DNA of 64,000 nucleotides from Bacteroidales bacterium (GCA_038316435.1 JBBQAQ010000003.1:94134-158133), one strand, 5' to 3'. Counted from the stretch's first letter, positions 48,093 to 58,191 are shown. Program-made: numbers and translations. The notes: generated by a model not told the origin, from the letters alone.

Positions 48093-49112
48093 ATGTTAAA
48101 CAGGATAAAATCTTTAATTGAAGATGCAGAAAATTTTAGTGCTAACAGTCTTCAGGAATTAGAAGAATTCAGGATAAAACATTTGAGTAAAAAAGGAAGT
48201 CTTGCACAATTATTTGCAGATTTCAAAGATGTATCAAATGACAAGAAAAAAGAAGTTGGTCTGGCATTAAATGAGTTGAAGCAGGCAATACAATTGAAGA
48301 TAGATGCTTATAAGGAAGAGCTTTCAGGAGGTGAAACAAGTTCCACAAATGTAGACCTCACTATGCCTGGAGAAAGTATAACTATTGGTTCAAGGCATCC
48401 TATATCCATAGTACGTGGAGAAATTCTGGAGATATTTTCCCGCTTAGGATTTACAGTTTCCGAAGGTCCGGAAATAGAGGATGACTGGCATGTATTCACG
48501 TCATTAAATTTCCCACCAGAACATCCTGCACGTGATATGCAGGACACATTTTTTATTGAAAAGAACCCCGATATTTTGTTACGCACACACACCTCATCGA
48601 TACAGGTCAGAGTAATGGAACACACAAAACCACCAATCCGGACAGTTTCACCAGGAAGGGTTTTTCGTAATGAAGCGATATCGGCCAGAGCCCATTGCAT
48701 TTTTCATCAAGTTGAAGGTTTGTACATTGACGAAAACGTATCTTTTGCAGATCTTAAACAGACTCTTCTATATTTTGCAAAAGAGATGTTTGGCGAAGCA
48801 ACACAGATTCGATTAAGGCCTTCATATTTTCCATTTACAGAACCATCAGCAGAAATGGATGTAAGTTGCGCTTTATGCGGCGGAAAGGGATGCAACGTAT
48901 GCAAATATACCGGATGGCTTGAAGTATTAGGTTGCGGAATGGTCGATCCCGCAGTATTGGAGAACAACAATATTGACAGCAAGAAATATACCGGTTTTGC
49001 CTTTGGCATGGGTATAGAACGGCTAGCAATGCTGAAATTTCAGATCAGGGATTTACGTTTATACTTTGAAAATGATGTTCGGTTTCTAAAACAGTTTTCT
49101 GGCTCTCTATAA
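48093..49112 (+). CDS. pheS: phenylalanine--tRNA ligase alpha subunit
   Basis: Class II motif 2 FRNEAISARAHCIFHQVEG and motif 3 GFAFGMGIERLAML. Confidence 0.96.
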   Translation: MLNRIKSLIEDAENFSANSLQELEEFRIKHLSKKGSLAQLFADFKDVSNDKKKEVGLALNELKQAIQLKIDAYKEELSGGETSSTNVDLTMPGESITIGSRHPISIVRGEILEIFSRLGFTVSEGPEIEDDWHVFTSLNFPPEHPARDMQDTFFIEKNPDILLRTHTSSIQVRVMEHTKPPIRTVSPGRVFRNEAISARAHCIFHQVEGLYIDENVSFADLKQTLLYFAKEMFGEATQIRLRPSYFPFTEPSAEMDVSCALCGGKGCNVCKYTGWLEVLGCGMVDPAVLENNNIDSKKYTGFAFGMGIERLAMLKFQIRDLRLYFENDVRFLKQFSGSL

Positions 49113-49136
49113 CTATTTACCTAGACTATTATAGCT

Positions 49137-49556
49137 TTAAGAGTTACTTAAGTTAATTACGTGATCGATTTCAATAGAATCTTTATAACTAGCATAAACA
49201 CCGCAATATCTTTCCCGTGAAAGATCCACAGCCTTTTGAATTTTTTCCAGAGGCAGATCCTTTCCGGTAAAGTTGTAATTTACCTTCATCTTAAGGAATT
49301 TTTTTGGGTGTTCATCAGCGGTATCGCCTTCCACTACAATTTCAAACTTCTCAAATTCTACTCTCATTTTTTTCAAAATTGATACAACATCCATACCAGT
49401 ACAGCCTCCGAGAGCAACGAGCATTAAGGCTTTAGGTCTTGGACCCAAGTTTTCACCACCATTATCTTCAGATGCATCGATAATTAATTTGTGACCGTTC
49501 AAACTGGTTTCAAAAGCCATATTCTTCAGGTAATTAATAGAGATAGACTGTTTCAT
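49137..49556 (-). CDS. OsmC family peroxiredoxin-like protein
   Basis: GPRPKALMLVALGGCTGMDV and ERYCGV (the two conserved Cys); 139 aa. Confidence 0.85.
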   Translation of the reverse strand: MKQSISINYLKNMAFETSLNGHKLIIDASEDNGGENLGPRPKALMLVALGGCTGMDVVSILKKMRVEFEKFEIVVEGDTADEHPKKFLKMKVNYNFTGKDLPLEKIQKAVDLSRERYCGVYASYKDSIEIDHVINLSNS

Positions 49557-49828
49557 AAATAATTGAGTATAAAAAATAGTATTTTGTTAAATAAATAGTG
49601 ATTCATGTATTAAACAAATCTTTCCCAAAAAAGTTAAAGATAAAGCCAAGAAAATATTGCCACAATATTTTTAATTCATCTATAGAATTGAACATTCTTA
49701 TCAATTCCGTAATCTTTATTGATAGGAATTTTTTAGTTGCTGAGACGATAGTTAATTACTATTTTTACAGTATCTGAAACGTGACAATTTTTAGCAAATG
49801 TATTGGATTTGATGACTATAAGCAAATA

Positions 49829-50533
49829 ATGAAATATACAAATTTATCAGGTAAAGAAGATAGTCTGGTAAGAAACCATATATTATTTCGTCATTTAACT
49901 GAATCTGAGTTTGGCAAAGTTAATGATGAGAAAGTTACAGAACACCATAAACGAGGTTCAGTATTATACCATGAAGGGAACAGAATAAACGGATTTTATT
50001 TTATTTCTGAAGGCATTATCAAGGTTTACAAAACTGGTTTTGACGGAAAGGAGCAAATACTACGATTTGCTAAGAGTGGTGACATTATTGGGTTTCGCTC
50101 TATTTTAAGCAATGAACAAGCTTGTACAACGGCTGAAGTAATCGATGAGGCTGTGACTTCCTATATTCCCGGTGATATTTTGATTAATTTAGTGAAAACC
50201 AACGGGAATTTTTCGATTGAATTAATGCAGATTACATGCCGTGAATTAGGGCAAGCGAATGCCTATATTACGGATATTGCTCAAAAGACAGTTAGAGAGC
50301 GGCTTGCTGAGATTCTTGTACAGTTAATTAATGATTTCGGATTAGATGATAACAAGGTTCTACTAATCTCATTAACACGCGAAGAGTTAGCGAATATAGT
50401 AGGTACTGCAACAGAATCAGTTATCCGACTACTTTCAGAATTCAAACAAGACAAGTTAATAGAATTAAACGGCAGAAAAATAACTGTCCTGAATATGCCT
50501 GGTTTAGTAAAAGTTGGTAATGTTTACAACTGA
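49829..50533 (+). CDS. Crp/Fnr family transcriptional regulator
   Basis: cNMP-binding beta-roll (GDIIGFRSIL) and C-terminal HTH (TREELANIVGTATESVIRLLSEF). The start is uncertain (GTG 49781 or ATG 49829). Confidence 0.85.
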   Translation: MKYTNLSGKEDSLVRNHILFRHLTESEFGKVNDEKVTEHHKRGSVLYHEGNRINGFYFISEGIIKVYKTGFDGKEQILRFAKSGDIIGFRSILSNEQACTTAEVIDEAVTSYIPGDILINLVKTNGNFSIELMQITCRELGQANAYITDIAQKTVRERLAEILVQLINDFGLDDNKVLLISLTREELANIVGTATESVIRLLSEFKQDKLIELNGRKITVLNMPGLVKVGNVYN

Positions 50534-50535
50534 TT

Positions 50536-51555
50536 TTAAAACAAACGGTTTTGCTCATTCTTAAGCTTTCCCAGATGCGTATATGCAATTGCTGTTGCCT
50601 CCCTACCTCTTGGGGTACGTTTTAAGTATCCCTCTTTAATTAAAAAAGGCTCATATACTTCTTCAATTGTGCCCGGGTCTTCGCCAACTGCGGTAGCAAT
50701 AGTTGTAATTCCTACTGGTCCACCGGCAAATTTATCAATAATTGTATTAAGTATTTTATTGTCCATTTCATCCAGTCCGGATTTATCAATATTTAAGGCT
50801 TCCAAAGCATAACGGGTTATTTCAATGTCAATAATACCGTTGCCTTTAACCTGGGCAAAATCGCGAACACGTCTAAGTAAAGCATTAGCTATTCGGGGAG
50901 TTCCTCTACTTCTTGAGGCAATTTCCACAGATGCCTGATTATGAATTTCGACTTTAAGTATACCCGCGGATCTTTGCACAATTCCAGTAAGGATATCGTG
51001 GTCATAATATTCAAGTAAGGAAGTAATTCCGAAACGAGCTCTAAGGGGGCTTGTCAGAAGGCCTGAACGAGTGGTTGCCCCGATAAGGGTAAACGGGTTA
51101 AGTTTAAGTTGAACAGATCGGGCGCTAGGGCCCTTATCGAGCATAATATCTATGGTATAGTCCTCCATTGCAGAATAGAGGTATTCCTCTACAACAGGTG
51201 AAAGTCTATGTATTTCGTCGATAAAAAGAACATCACCGGCTTCCAAAGAAGTAAGCAAACCCGCAAGATCACCGGGCTTATCTAATACCGGGCCAGAGGT
51301 TATTTTAAGATTAACACTTAATTCGTTTGCAATAATATTTGCAAGAGTAGTTTTACCCAAGCCAGGAGGTCCGTGAAGAAGCACATGATCTAAAGCTTCT
51401 TCTCTTTGTTTTGCAGCAGTTACAAATACTTTCAGGTTATCAACAACTTTAAACTGTCCTGCAAAATCGTAAAATCTCAGAGGTCTCAGTTTATTATCAA
51501 GTTCCTTATCTGGGTCTATAAAACCATCGTTCTCAATTTGAAAATCTACATTCAT
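50536..51555 (-). CDS. ruvB: Holliday junction branch migration helicase RuvB
   Basis: Walker [10 protein letters not shown], Walker B LFIDEIH, and sensor [13 protein letters not shown]. Confidence 0.97.
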   Translation of the reverse strand: MNVDFQIENDGFIDPDKELDNKLRPLRFYDFAGQFKVVDNLKVFVTAAKQREEALDHVLLHGPPGLGKTTLANIIANELSVNLKITSGPVLDKPGDLAGLLTSLEAGDVLFIDEIHRLSPVVEEYLYSAMEDYTIDIMLDKGPSARSVQLKLNPFTLIGATTRSGLLTSPLRARFGITSLLEYYDHDILTGIVQRSAGILKVEIHNQASVEIASRSRGTPRIANALLRRVRDFAQVKGNGIIDIEITRYALEALNIDKSGLDEMDNKILNTIIDKFAGGPVGITTIATAVGEDPGTIEEVYEPFLIKEGYLKRTPRGREATAIAYTHLGKLKNEQNRLF

Positions 51556-51562
51556 TTATAAA

Positions 51563-53125
51563 TTATTTTATAGTCTGGACAGATCCTTTTGGTAAGTTTA
51601 TTTTCTCTCCATTGATACGGTATTCCAGGTCGTTTTTGTAAGTTATTGTTAATTCAAGTTTGCCTAGCTCATCATATTTTTTCCAGTTTTTTTCACGAAT
51701 TCCTCTGTTATACCAGCGTTCTTCTTTAAGTTCACCGTTCGGATAAAAGTATTTATGCTTTCCTTCGGCCAGATCCTGGTTGAATTCGCCAATAAACTGC
51801 ATCGTGCCCTCTTCGTAGAAGTACTTCCATAATCCATCTTTTAAACCAGTTTTATAGCTTCCTATTTCGCTATGATCATTTACCTGATAAAACCACTCGC
51901 CTTCTTTCTCTCCATTAATAAATTCTCCTCGGGTAAGTACAGTTCCAGAATCGGAGTACTCAACCATTTGCCCGTCTTCGCGACCGTTAAAGTAATTTTC
52001 ATCCCTCCAGACGTTCCCTGTTATATAATACCATAACCATTGTTCTTCATAAAGACCTTTAAGATAGTTTCCTTCCTGTTCCTTGTTTCCATTTTTATAA
52101 AGGTAAATCCAACTTCCAGACTGAAGATTATTCATGTATTTCCCATAAGCCTTCACTTCACCTGAGTAATAAAAGTCTTTCCAAGGGCCCTCTTTGCTTC
52201 CCGTCTCGTTAACAATTCCCTCAGAAACCTGATTGCCAGAATCATTGTAAATTTTAGCATTAATTACTTTTCCAGAACCATCATAAAATCTATGAACACC
52301 AACCGGTTTATTATCCTTATACCCGCCTGAAGAAATGAGTTTTCCGTTGTCATCGAATTGTCTTCTAAAGTCAACTTCTTCTTTAATCGACAAATCATTT
52401 TGCGTTTCAGTTATTTTGCCATCAAGGTATTTCAAACTTAGGATAAGGTTTCCATTTTCGTTAAATTCCTTGTAATATCCATCATACTTATCATTAACGA
52501 ATTTCATTTCCTTTTGGACTTTTCCATCAGGGTAGAAAGTTTTCCAGATTGATTGTTTCATTCCCTGTGCATCGAAGCGATTTATTTTTTCTCTTAAAAT
52601 AAGGTAATTATTATTGTATTCGAACAAGGTTATAACAGTTCCATCCTGATCAAATTCCTTTCCCGGTCCCTGCTTTTTCCCTTCAAAATAGCTTAGTTCT
52701 TCCTTAATATTTCCATTTGGATAATAGTAAAATGCTTTGCCTTCCTTCCTGTCATTTACATATAATTCTTTACTAACGACAATTGGCAAAGCATTTTTCT
52801 CATAACTAAAAGAGTAACTATACCCATTTTTCTTCCCATACTTATAGTCGATTTTCTCGAATAATTCGCCTGCTTCATTATAGAATGTCCAAGTACTATC
52901 CAATAAAAAATCTCTTCGAAGACCTTCCGATTTAAGAATACCAGAAACGTTATAGGTTTTCCATAATCCATCTGGTTTTCCATTGCGCATTATTCCCTCA
53001 CTTGAAATCTGGTTGTTAGGATAAAAGAATTTTGTAGGACCGTCTTTAGTATCTTGTGTAAAAACAAGGTTATAATTGACGCTATTTAAAAGAATGAAAA
53101 CTAATATTTTACTTATATTATGCAT
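51563..53125 (-). CDS. MORN-repeat (YwqK-like) protein, secreted
   Basis: Signal peptide, then about 15-20 tandem ~23-aa units of the form G.W..YY.NG.l..eg.y..Gk.dG. Confidence 0.8.
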   Translation of the reverse strand: MHNISKILVFILLNSVNYNLVFTQDTKDGPTKFFYPNNQISSEGIMRNGKPDGLWKTYNVSGILKSEGLRRDFLLDSTWTFYNEAGELFEKIDYKYGKKNGYSYSFSYEKNALPIVVSKELYVNDRKEGKAFYYYPNGNIKEELSYFEGKKQGPGKEFDQDGTVITLFEYNNNYLILREKINRFDAQGMKQSIWKTFYPDGKVQKEMKFVNDKYDGYYKEFNENGNLILSLKYLDGKITETQNDLSIKEEVDFRRQFDDNGKLISSGGYKDNKPVGVHRFYDGSGKVINAKIYNDSGNQVSEGIVNETGSKEGPWKDFYYSGEVKAYGKYMNNLQSGSWIYLYKNGNKEQEGNYLKGLYEEQWLWYYITGNVWRDENYFNGREDGQMVEYSDSGTVLTRGEFINGEKEGEWFYQVNDHSEIGSYKTGLKDGLWKYFYEEGTMQFIGEFNQDLAEGKHKYFYPNGELKEERWYNRGIREKNWKKYDELGKLELTITYKNDLEYRINGEKINLPKGSVQTIK

Positions 53126-53126
53126 A

Positions 53127-54131
53127 TTATAGACCTAATTTTGCAGATATTTCAAGCATTCTCCTGATCGGCTTTTCTGCTTTTATCCGAATATCTTCAT
53201 TCAAAGTTACTTCAGGTAATTCGTATTTTAAGCAATTATACATTTTATTTAAAGTAATCATTTTCATAAAGCGGCAATCATTACATGCACAAGTAGAATC
53301 ATCAGGAGGTGCAGGGATGAATACCTTATCAGGATTTTGTTTTTGCATTTGATAAAGTATTCCTGATTCTGTGGCAACAATGAAAGTTTTTGAAGAATTA
53401 GATACGGAATAATTTAAAAGTGCAGAGGTAGAACCAATAAAATCTGAAATTATGAGAATGGTTTGATCACATTCAGGATGAGCAATTATCTTAGCATCTG
53501 GATACTTGCTTTTAAGTTCTAAAATTCGTTTTAGTGAAAATCTTTCGTGAACATGACAAGCGCCATCCCAGATGATCATATTTTCTCTTCCTGTTTTACT
53601 TTTTATATAATTACCAAGGTTTTTATCAGGAGCAAAGATTATTTTTTCATTTTTTGGAAGACTATTAACAATTTCAAGAGCATTTGATGAAGTGCAGGCA
53701 ATATCAGATAGAGCTTTTATTTCTGCGGTAGTATTTACATAGGTGATTACAGTGTAACCAGGGTATTTATCCTTGAAAGCGGCAAATTCAATTGGCGGAC
53801 ATGAATCGGCCAAAGAGCAACCTGCGTTTGTGTCGGGAATGAGAACTTTTTTAGAAGGAGAAAGAATTTTTGCAGTTTCGGCCATAAAATGGACTCCAGC
53901 GAAGAGAATAATATCAGCTGAAGTGTCTGCTGCTTTCTGGGAAAGCGCAAGACTATCTCCGACAAAATCTGCAATATCCTGAATTTCTGGTTCCTGATAG
54001 AAGTGTGCTAGGATAATTGCGTTTTTTTCCTGTTTCATTCTTTTAATTTCAGAATGAAGATTAAGAGATGTGTCTATTTGCAGATCAACAAATCCATTTT
54101 TAATAATATCTACCTTATTAACATTAATCAT
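53127..54131 (-). CDS. nadA: quinolinate synthase
   Basis: ILAHFYQ, GVHFMAETAKIL, and Cys ligands in the CSLADSC and GACHVHE contexts; 334 aa. Confidence 0.95.
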   Translation of the reverse strand: MINVNKVDIIKNGFVDLQIDTSLNLHSEIKRMKQEKNAIILAHFYQEPEIQDIADFVGDSLALSQKAADTSADIILFAGVHFMAETAKILSPSKKVLIPDTNAGCSLADSCPPIEFAAFKDKYPGYTVITYVNTTAEIKALSDIACTSSNALEIVNSLPKNEKIIFAPDKNLGNYIKSKTGRENMIIWDGACHVHERFSLKRILELKSKYPDAKIIAHPECDQTILIISDFIGSTSALLNYSVSNSSKTFIVATESGILYQMQKQNPDKVFIPAPPDDSTCACNDCRFMKMITLNKMYNCLKYELPEVTLNEDIRIKAEKPIRRMLEISAKLGL

Positions 54132-54310
54132 TCCTTATATTCTTTATAATAATTAATTTTAAAATATTTTATGATGATGATGTTATCCCGTTAATATTGT
54201 TACAAAAAAAGATACGATTCGCTTGACAAGTTTACTTATAAAATATTCAAAACAGGTTATTAACATAAAAATTCTAAAATGGCTATTGTAAATCAGCAAA
54301 TTCCAAAGTA

Positions 54311-54327
54311 ATTAACAAGCTGTTAAT
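54311..54327. repeat. 17-bp palindrome ATTAACA-AGC-TGTTAAT in the nadA/rpiB divergent region (candidate operator)
   Basis: 7-bp perfect arms read directly from the sequence. The background is AT-rich, so chance occurrence is possible. Confidence 0.25.
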
Positions 54328-54582
54328 ACAGTAAAACGGTGATAAAATTAGCACTTTTTTATCCAAAAAACTGTTCAGAATATGTTTGTTTTTGGGAGCT
54401 ATTTTATAAAAAAAAGAGTTTGTTTATCGGATAAAAATTATATGTGTTTACGCCTTTTCATTTTGCAAATTTAATTACCAGAAATAACGTCGCTTTATTA
54501 AACAAATTATCAACATAATAGTTAATAAGTATGAAGAGAAAAGGGCTCGATTAAAATATTTTCAGGTATTAAAATATTTAAG

Positions 54583-54590
54583 TAGTTTTG
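54583..54590 (+). promoter_or_regulatory. -7 motif TAGTTTTG upstream of rpiB
   Basis: TAnnTTTG match 18 nt before the ATG at 54608. Confidence 0.4.
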
Positions 54591-54607
54591 AACATAATTG
54601 AATTATC

Positions 54608-55054
54608 ATGGAAAATATTAAAATTGCCATTGCTGCAGATCATGCTGGGTTTGAATTAAAGGGGCAGATCATTCCTTATTTGCAAAGTAAAGGTATAAAG
54701 GTAAAAGATTTCGGAACATTTAGTAAAGAATCGTCAGATTATACTGATTTTGCACATCCACTTGCAGAAGCAGTAGAGAGTGGAGAATTTACTACGGGAA
54801 TTTCAATTTGTGGAAGTGGAAACGGAATAAATATGACAGTAAATAAACATCAGGGTATTCGATCTGCCATTTGCTGGAATGAGGAAATTTCTAGACTTGC
54901 TCGGTTACATAATGATGCAAATATTTGCGCATTGCCGGCAAGATTCATTTCAAAAGAAGAAGCGTTTAGAATTATAGACGTTTTTTTATCTACCAAATTT
55001 GAAGGCGGGCGTCATATTCAAAGGATCGAAAAAATTCCTCTAAAACAAAAATAA
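54608..55054 (+). CDS. rpiB: ribose 5-phosphate isomerase B
   Basis: IAIAADHAGFELK, CGSGNGI, and a RpiB-type C-terminus. Confidence 0.93.
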   Translation: MENIKIAIAADHAGFELKGQIIPYLQSKGIKVKDFGTFSKESSDYTDFAHPLAEAVESGEFTTGISICGSGNGINMTVNKHQGIRSAICWNEEISRLARLHNDANICALPARFISKEEAFRIIDVFLSTKFEGGRHIQRIEKIPLKQK

Positions 55055-55489
55055 ATGTTATCAAATACATGTAAATACGCGATTAGGGCCGTTCTATATC
55101 TGGCGGTAAACTCTGAATCGGGACAAAAAATTGGTATAAAGCAGATTTCTAAAGAACTTGATATTCCTACGCCATTTTTGGGAAAAATATTACAATCTCT
55201 TGCAAAGCATAAATTGCTTTCTTCAACAAAGGGACCAAACGGAGGATTTGGAATAGGGAAAAAGCCGGAAGAATTACTATTAATGGACATTGTGCAGATA
55301 ATTGATGGTATGGATGGGTTTCACAAATGTATAATTGGAGTAAGATATTGCTCAGAGCTGGAAAATCCCTGTGCATTGCATACACGATATGCTGAATTAA
55401 GAGAAGAGATCAGAAAAATATTTGAGGTTGAAACAATTGAAATTCTGGCCAATAATATAAGAGACGGGAAACAGGTATTTGTTATTTAA
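55055..55489 (+). CDS. Rrf2 family transcriptional regulator (three-Cys, possible Fe-S type)
   Basis: N-terminal wHTH (CKYAIRAVLYLA, ISKELDIPTPFLGKILQSL) and C-x6-C-x6-C (CIIGVRYCSELENPC). The start codon abuts the rpiB stop codon (TAA then ATG). Confidence 0.9.
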   Translation: MLSNTCKYAIRAVLYLAVNSESGQKIGIKQISKELDIPTPFLGKILQSLAKHKLLSSTKGPNGGFGIGKKPEELLLMDIVQIIDGMDGFHKCIIGVRYCSELENPCALHTRYAELREEIRKIFEVETIEILANNIRDGKQVFVI

Positions 55490-55868
55490 AAATTTTGATA
55501 AGGATTATTAAGGTTACAGCGAGAGTTATTCCTAATGTGTTAAAAACGGCATCGAAACCGTCAGCTGAACGGGAAGCGGTAAAAACGCCTTGAAAAATCT
55601 CGATAAACACTCCATATAAAAGAGCAAAAAGGGCTGAAAAAAGTAAAACTTTGCTTCTTGTATAAACAGTACCGGCTCTAATAGTGTCAAAAATAAGTAT
55701 GAATGTCAGAAAAAAATACATACCTAAGTGTACTATTTTATCAATGTGTTTAAATGAAATCCAGCTTGGTTTTGGAACATCGCTTGAAGGCATTGTACTC
55801 AAGATAAATATTAACACTAATACAATCAGTGATTTGTAATATGAAAGAAGAAATTTGGAAAACTTCAT
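55482..55868 (-). CDS. VanZ-like small membrane protein
   Basis: 128 aa and four hydrophobic helices. The HLGMYFFLTF pattern is typical of VanZ-like proteins. Confidence 0.65.
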   Translation of the reverse strand: MKFSKFLLSYYKSLIVLVLIFILSTMPSSDVPKPSWISFKHIDKIVHLGMYFFLTFILIFDTIRAGTVYTRSKVLLFSALFALLYGVFIEIFQGVFTASRSADGFDAVFNTLGITLAVTLIILIKIFK

Positions 55869-55896
55869 GATCCGGTCTGTTTTTTAATCAGAATCA

Positions 55897-55904
55897 CAAA
55901 GATA
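55897..55904 (-). promoter_or_regulatory. -7 motif TATCTTTG upstream of the VanZ-like gene
   Basis: The plus strand CAAAGATA gives TATCTTTG on the minus strand, 28 nt before the ATG at 55868. Confidence 0.35.
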
Positions 55905-55980
55905 CTTTTAGTAAGCAAAACCCTTTATTCTTTTTTAATTTTTGGAAATCTAATTCATTTAAACAGTTAACAAAATAATT

Positions 55981-57105
55981 ATGGCTGGCATTTACATTCA
56001 CATACCCTATTGCAGGCAGGCTTGCAGGTATTGTGATTTTCATTTTGTAGTTTCTGTCTGGCAAAAAAAGGAATTATTACCCATAATTTTGAAGGAAATT
56101 GAACTCAGGAAGAATTATTTGGATGAGGAATTAGTAAGCAGTATATATTTTGGGGGAGGAACGCCCTCTATTCTTGAAAAGGGAGAGATCGAAAGCATTC
56201 TTGAGACAATCAGAAGATTTTATAGGGTTTCGGGGGATGTTGAAATCAGTTTTGAAGCCAATCCTGAAGATTTAAAAATGGAATATCTTTTAAATCTTAG
56301 GAAAACTGGCATTAACCGCCTCAGTATTGGAATCCAGTCTTTTCAAAACTCAGATCTTGAACTTATGCACAGGATTCATAGTTCAGAGCAGGCAATTATA
56401 GCAGTAAAAGATGCCCAGAAAGCGGGATTTGATAATATCAGTATTGATTTGATTTACGGAATACCCCGACAAGATGCCGGAGTTTGGGAGAAGAATCTTG
56501 ATACAGCTCTCTCATTAGGAATTCAACATTTTTCCGCCTACCATCTTACCTATGAAACAGGGACTATTTTTGATCATTGGGTAAAAAAAGGAAGAATTAA
56601 GCCGGTGCAGGAAGAGGAAAGCATACTTCAGTTTAAGACATTGATAGAGCGGGCCAGAAATAAGGGATATATTCATTATGAAATTTCAAATTTATCTTTG
56701 CCGGGATTTGTATCGAGACATAACAGCAGTTACTGGCATCAACAAAAATATTTAGGTGTTGGTCCGTCTGCGCATTCTTACAACACGAAAAGTCGAAGCT
56801 GGAATTTCAAAAGCAATAAAAAGTACGAGGAAAATTTTCTTAGTGAAACAGATTACTTTGAAACAGAAAAATTAACAGAAAATGATCATTACAACGAATT
56901 CGTAATGATGCGTTTACGGCTAATTGCTGGACTTAGTCTAATGGAAATAAAAGATAGGTTTGGAAAAGAATATCAAAATTATTTTAGCACCCAGATAAAT
57001 AAATATGTGAGAAGTGGCCACATGGAAGTTACAGGGGATAATTGCCGGCTTTCAGAGGATGGTATTTTCATTGCAGACCATATCATTTCTGAAGTTTTCA
57101 AATAA
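55981..57105 (+). CDS. hemW: radical SAM heme chaperone HemW (HemN-like, oxygen-independent coproporphyrinogen oxidase family)
   Basis: YIHIPYCRQACRYCDF (CxxxCxxC), GGGTPS, and a HemN_C-like tail. Confidence 0.9.
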   Translation: MAGIYIHIPYCRQACRYCDFHFVVSVWQKKELLPIILKEIELRKNYLDEELVSSIYFGGGTPSILEKGEIESILETIRRFYRVSGDVEISFEANPEDLKMEYLLNLRKTGINRLSIGIQSFQNSDLELMHRIHSSEQAIIAVKDAQKAGFDNISIDLIYGIPRQDAGVWEKNLDTALSLGIQHFSAYHLTYETGTIFDHWVKKGRIKPVQEEESILQFKTLIERARNKGYIHYEISNLSLPGFVSRHNSSYWHQQKYLGVGPSAHSYNTKSRSWNFKSNKKYEENFLSETDYFETEKLTENDHYNEFVMMRLRLIAGLSLMEIKDRFGKEYQNYFSTQINKYVRSGHMEVTGDNCRLSEDGIFIADHIISEVFK

Positions 57106-57145
57106 AAAAAAGACGAAAGCAGAAAGAAAATCTGCTATCCGTCTT
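57104..57145 (-). terminator. intrinsic terminator after the coiled-coil protein gene (shared convergent spacer with hemW)
   Basis: Bipartite stem AAGACG..AGCAGA / TCTGCT..CGTCTT (57110-57145), followed on the minus strand by a U-run. That run is the A-run 57104-57110, which overlaps the hemW stop. Confidence 0.6.
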
Positions 57146-57163
57146 AAATTTATACTGTAGGAT

Positions 57164-58051
57164 TTACCTTAAAGCGAATTCAGATTTTCCAATAAGTTTT
57201 CCATCGCAATAAAGCTCGCAGGTGCTATTTCCTTTAAGCAGGTCGCCATTATTATCCCAGAAGATGGAAACTGGAAGATCGTTTTTCTCATAGATAACTT
57301 CACGGCTTGCGCTATAAGGGAGCTGATTACTTTCAAAATCAAATACGCCGGCTTCTTTTGAGCCCAAAGCAACGCCATCGGGTCTTACAAGGCGGAGATA
57401 AATAATTTTTGTTCCCGCATCAGCAACAGTATTCTTACGAAGAGTAAAATCAACCCTTATTTTGGTTACTTTATCAACTTTATCCTGTTCTTTACTTCTT
57501 TTATTTAGGGCAACCGTTGTAATACTAGCAGCAATCAGGGTTTTTGCCTCCAGCTTTATTGAAGTAAGCTCTACTTTTTCCTGTTCCAGCATTTTATTTT
57601 TTGTTTCAAGTTTTGCCCCTACGTTTTTCAGGTCTTTGTTTTCACCAAGCAGGATCTGATTTTTTGTGTTAAGGCTATCGATTTGAACAATGTAACTTTT
57701 CAGAACATCACGAATGGTGAGTAATTCCTTCTCATAACGTTTAATTTTTTCAGAGTCGCTGATTCGCATAGAAAGAAGTCTTTTGATTTTTTCCTGCTGC
57801 ATTGTCAGCTGTGTATTCAAAGTATCATTATCTGATTTAAGGGCATCGTATTGAGCGATAATTCCATTCAATTCAGTCTCAAGAGAATCCTTTTTTACCT
57901 CCACCATTCCTGAATATTGCTGCAATTGTGCAATAACAGCGCGACTTTCCTTTCTTTGAGCGAAATAAAGGAATAAAACTACAATTAAAGCGAGCGACAT
58001 AACTGCAAATCCCACAATAAGGAGTGAAGGTGAATTTTTCTTGTTTTCCAT
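57164..58051 (-). CDS. membrane-anchored coiled-coil protein with beta-rich C-terminal domain (function unknown)
   Basis: N-terminal TM (LLIVGFAVMSLALIVVLFLYF), about 150 aa of heptad-like sequence, then a ~110-aa non-helical domain. Followed by an intrinsic terminator. Confidence 0.6.
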   Translation of the reverse strand: MENKKNSPSLLIVGFAVMSLALIVVLFLYFAQRKESRAVIAQLQQYSGMVEVKKDSLETELNGIIAQYDALKSDNDTLNTQLTMQQEKIKRLLSMRISDSEKIKRYEKELLTIRDVLKSYIVQIDSLNTKNQILLGENKDLKNVGAKLETKNKMLEQEKVELTSIKLEAKTLIAASITTVALNKRSKEQDKVDKVTKIRVDFTLRKNTVADAGTKIIYLRLVRPDGVALGSKEAGVFDFESNQLPYSASREVIYEKNDLPVSIFWDNNGDLLKGNSTCELYCDGKLIGKSEFALR

Positions 58052-58191
58052 AGTTTGATTAATTTTGGTGCTAATTTACAAATTCTTATCAGACATAAAA
58101 AAGCCTGAACAAATGATTCTTTATTATTTAGGTTTGTATGAGAAGAAACGCAGAAGGTAGGTATTTATTTTGCAGGCTGAAGAACAGACTG

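Noticed and set aside
48308-49029. Three minus-strand ORFs (64-130 aa) inside pheS.
   Set aside because: They are antisense to a gene with class II aaRS motifs 2 and 3.
49699-49724. Inverted repeat TATCAAT-N12-ATTGATA upstream of the Crp/Fnr gene as a possible operator.
   Set aside because: 7-bp arms in about 30% GC DNA are expected by chance, and the repeat does not match the FNR (TTGAT-N4-ATCAA) or CRP consensus.
54132-54607. Possibility that the long AT-rich spacer is oriC.
   Set aside because: There are only degenerate DnaA-box-like strings (e.g. TTATCCAAA, TTATCCCGT, TCGGATAAA) and no cluster of TTATCCACA-type boxes. No dnaA is adjacent. The question cannot be decided from this window.
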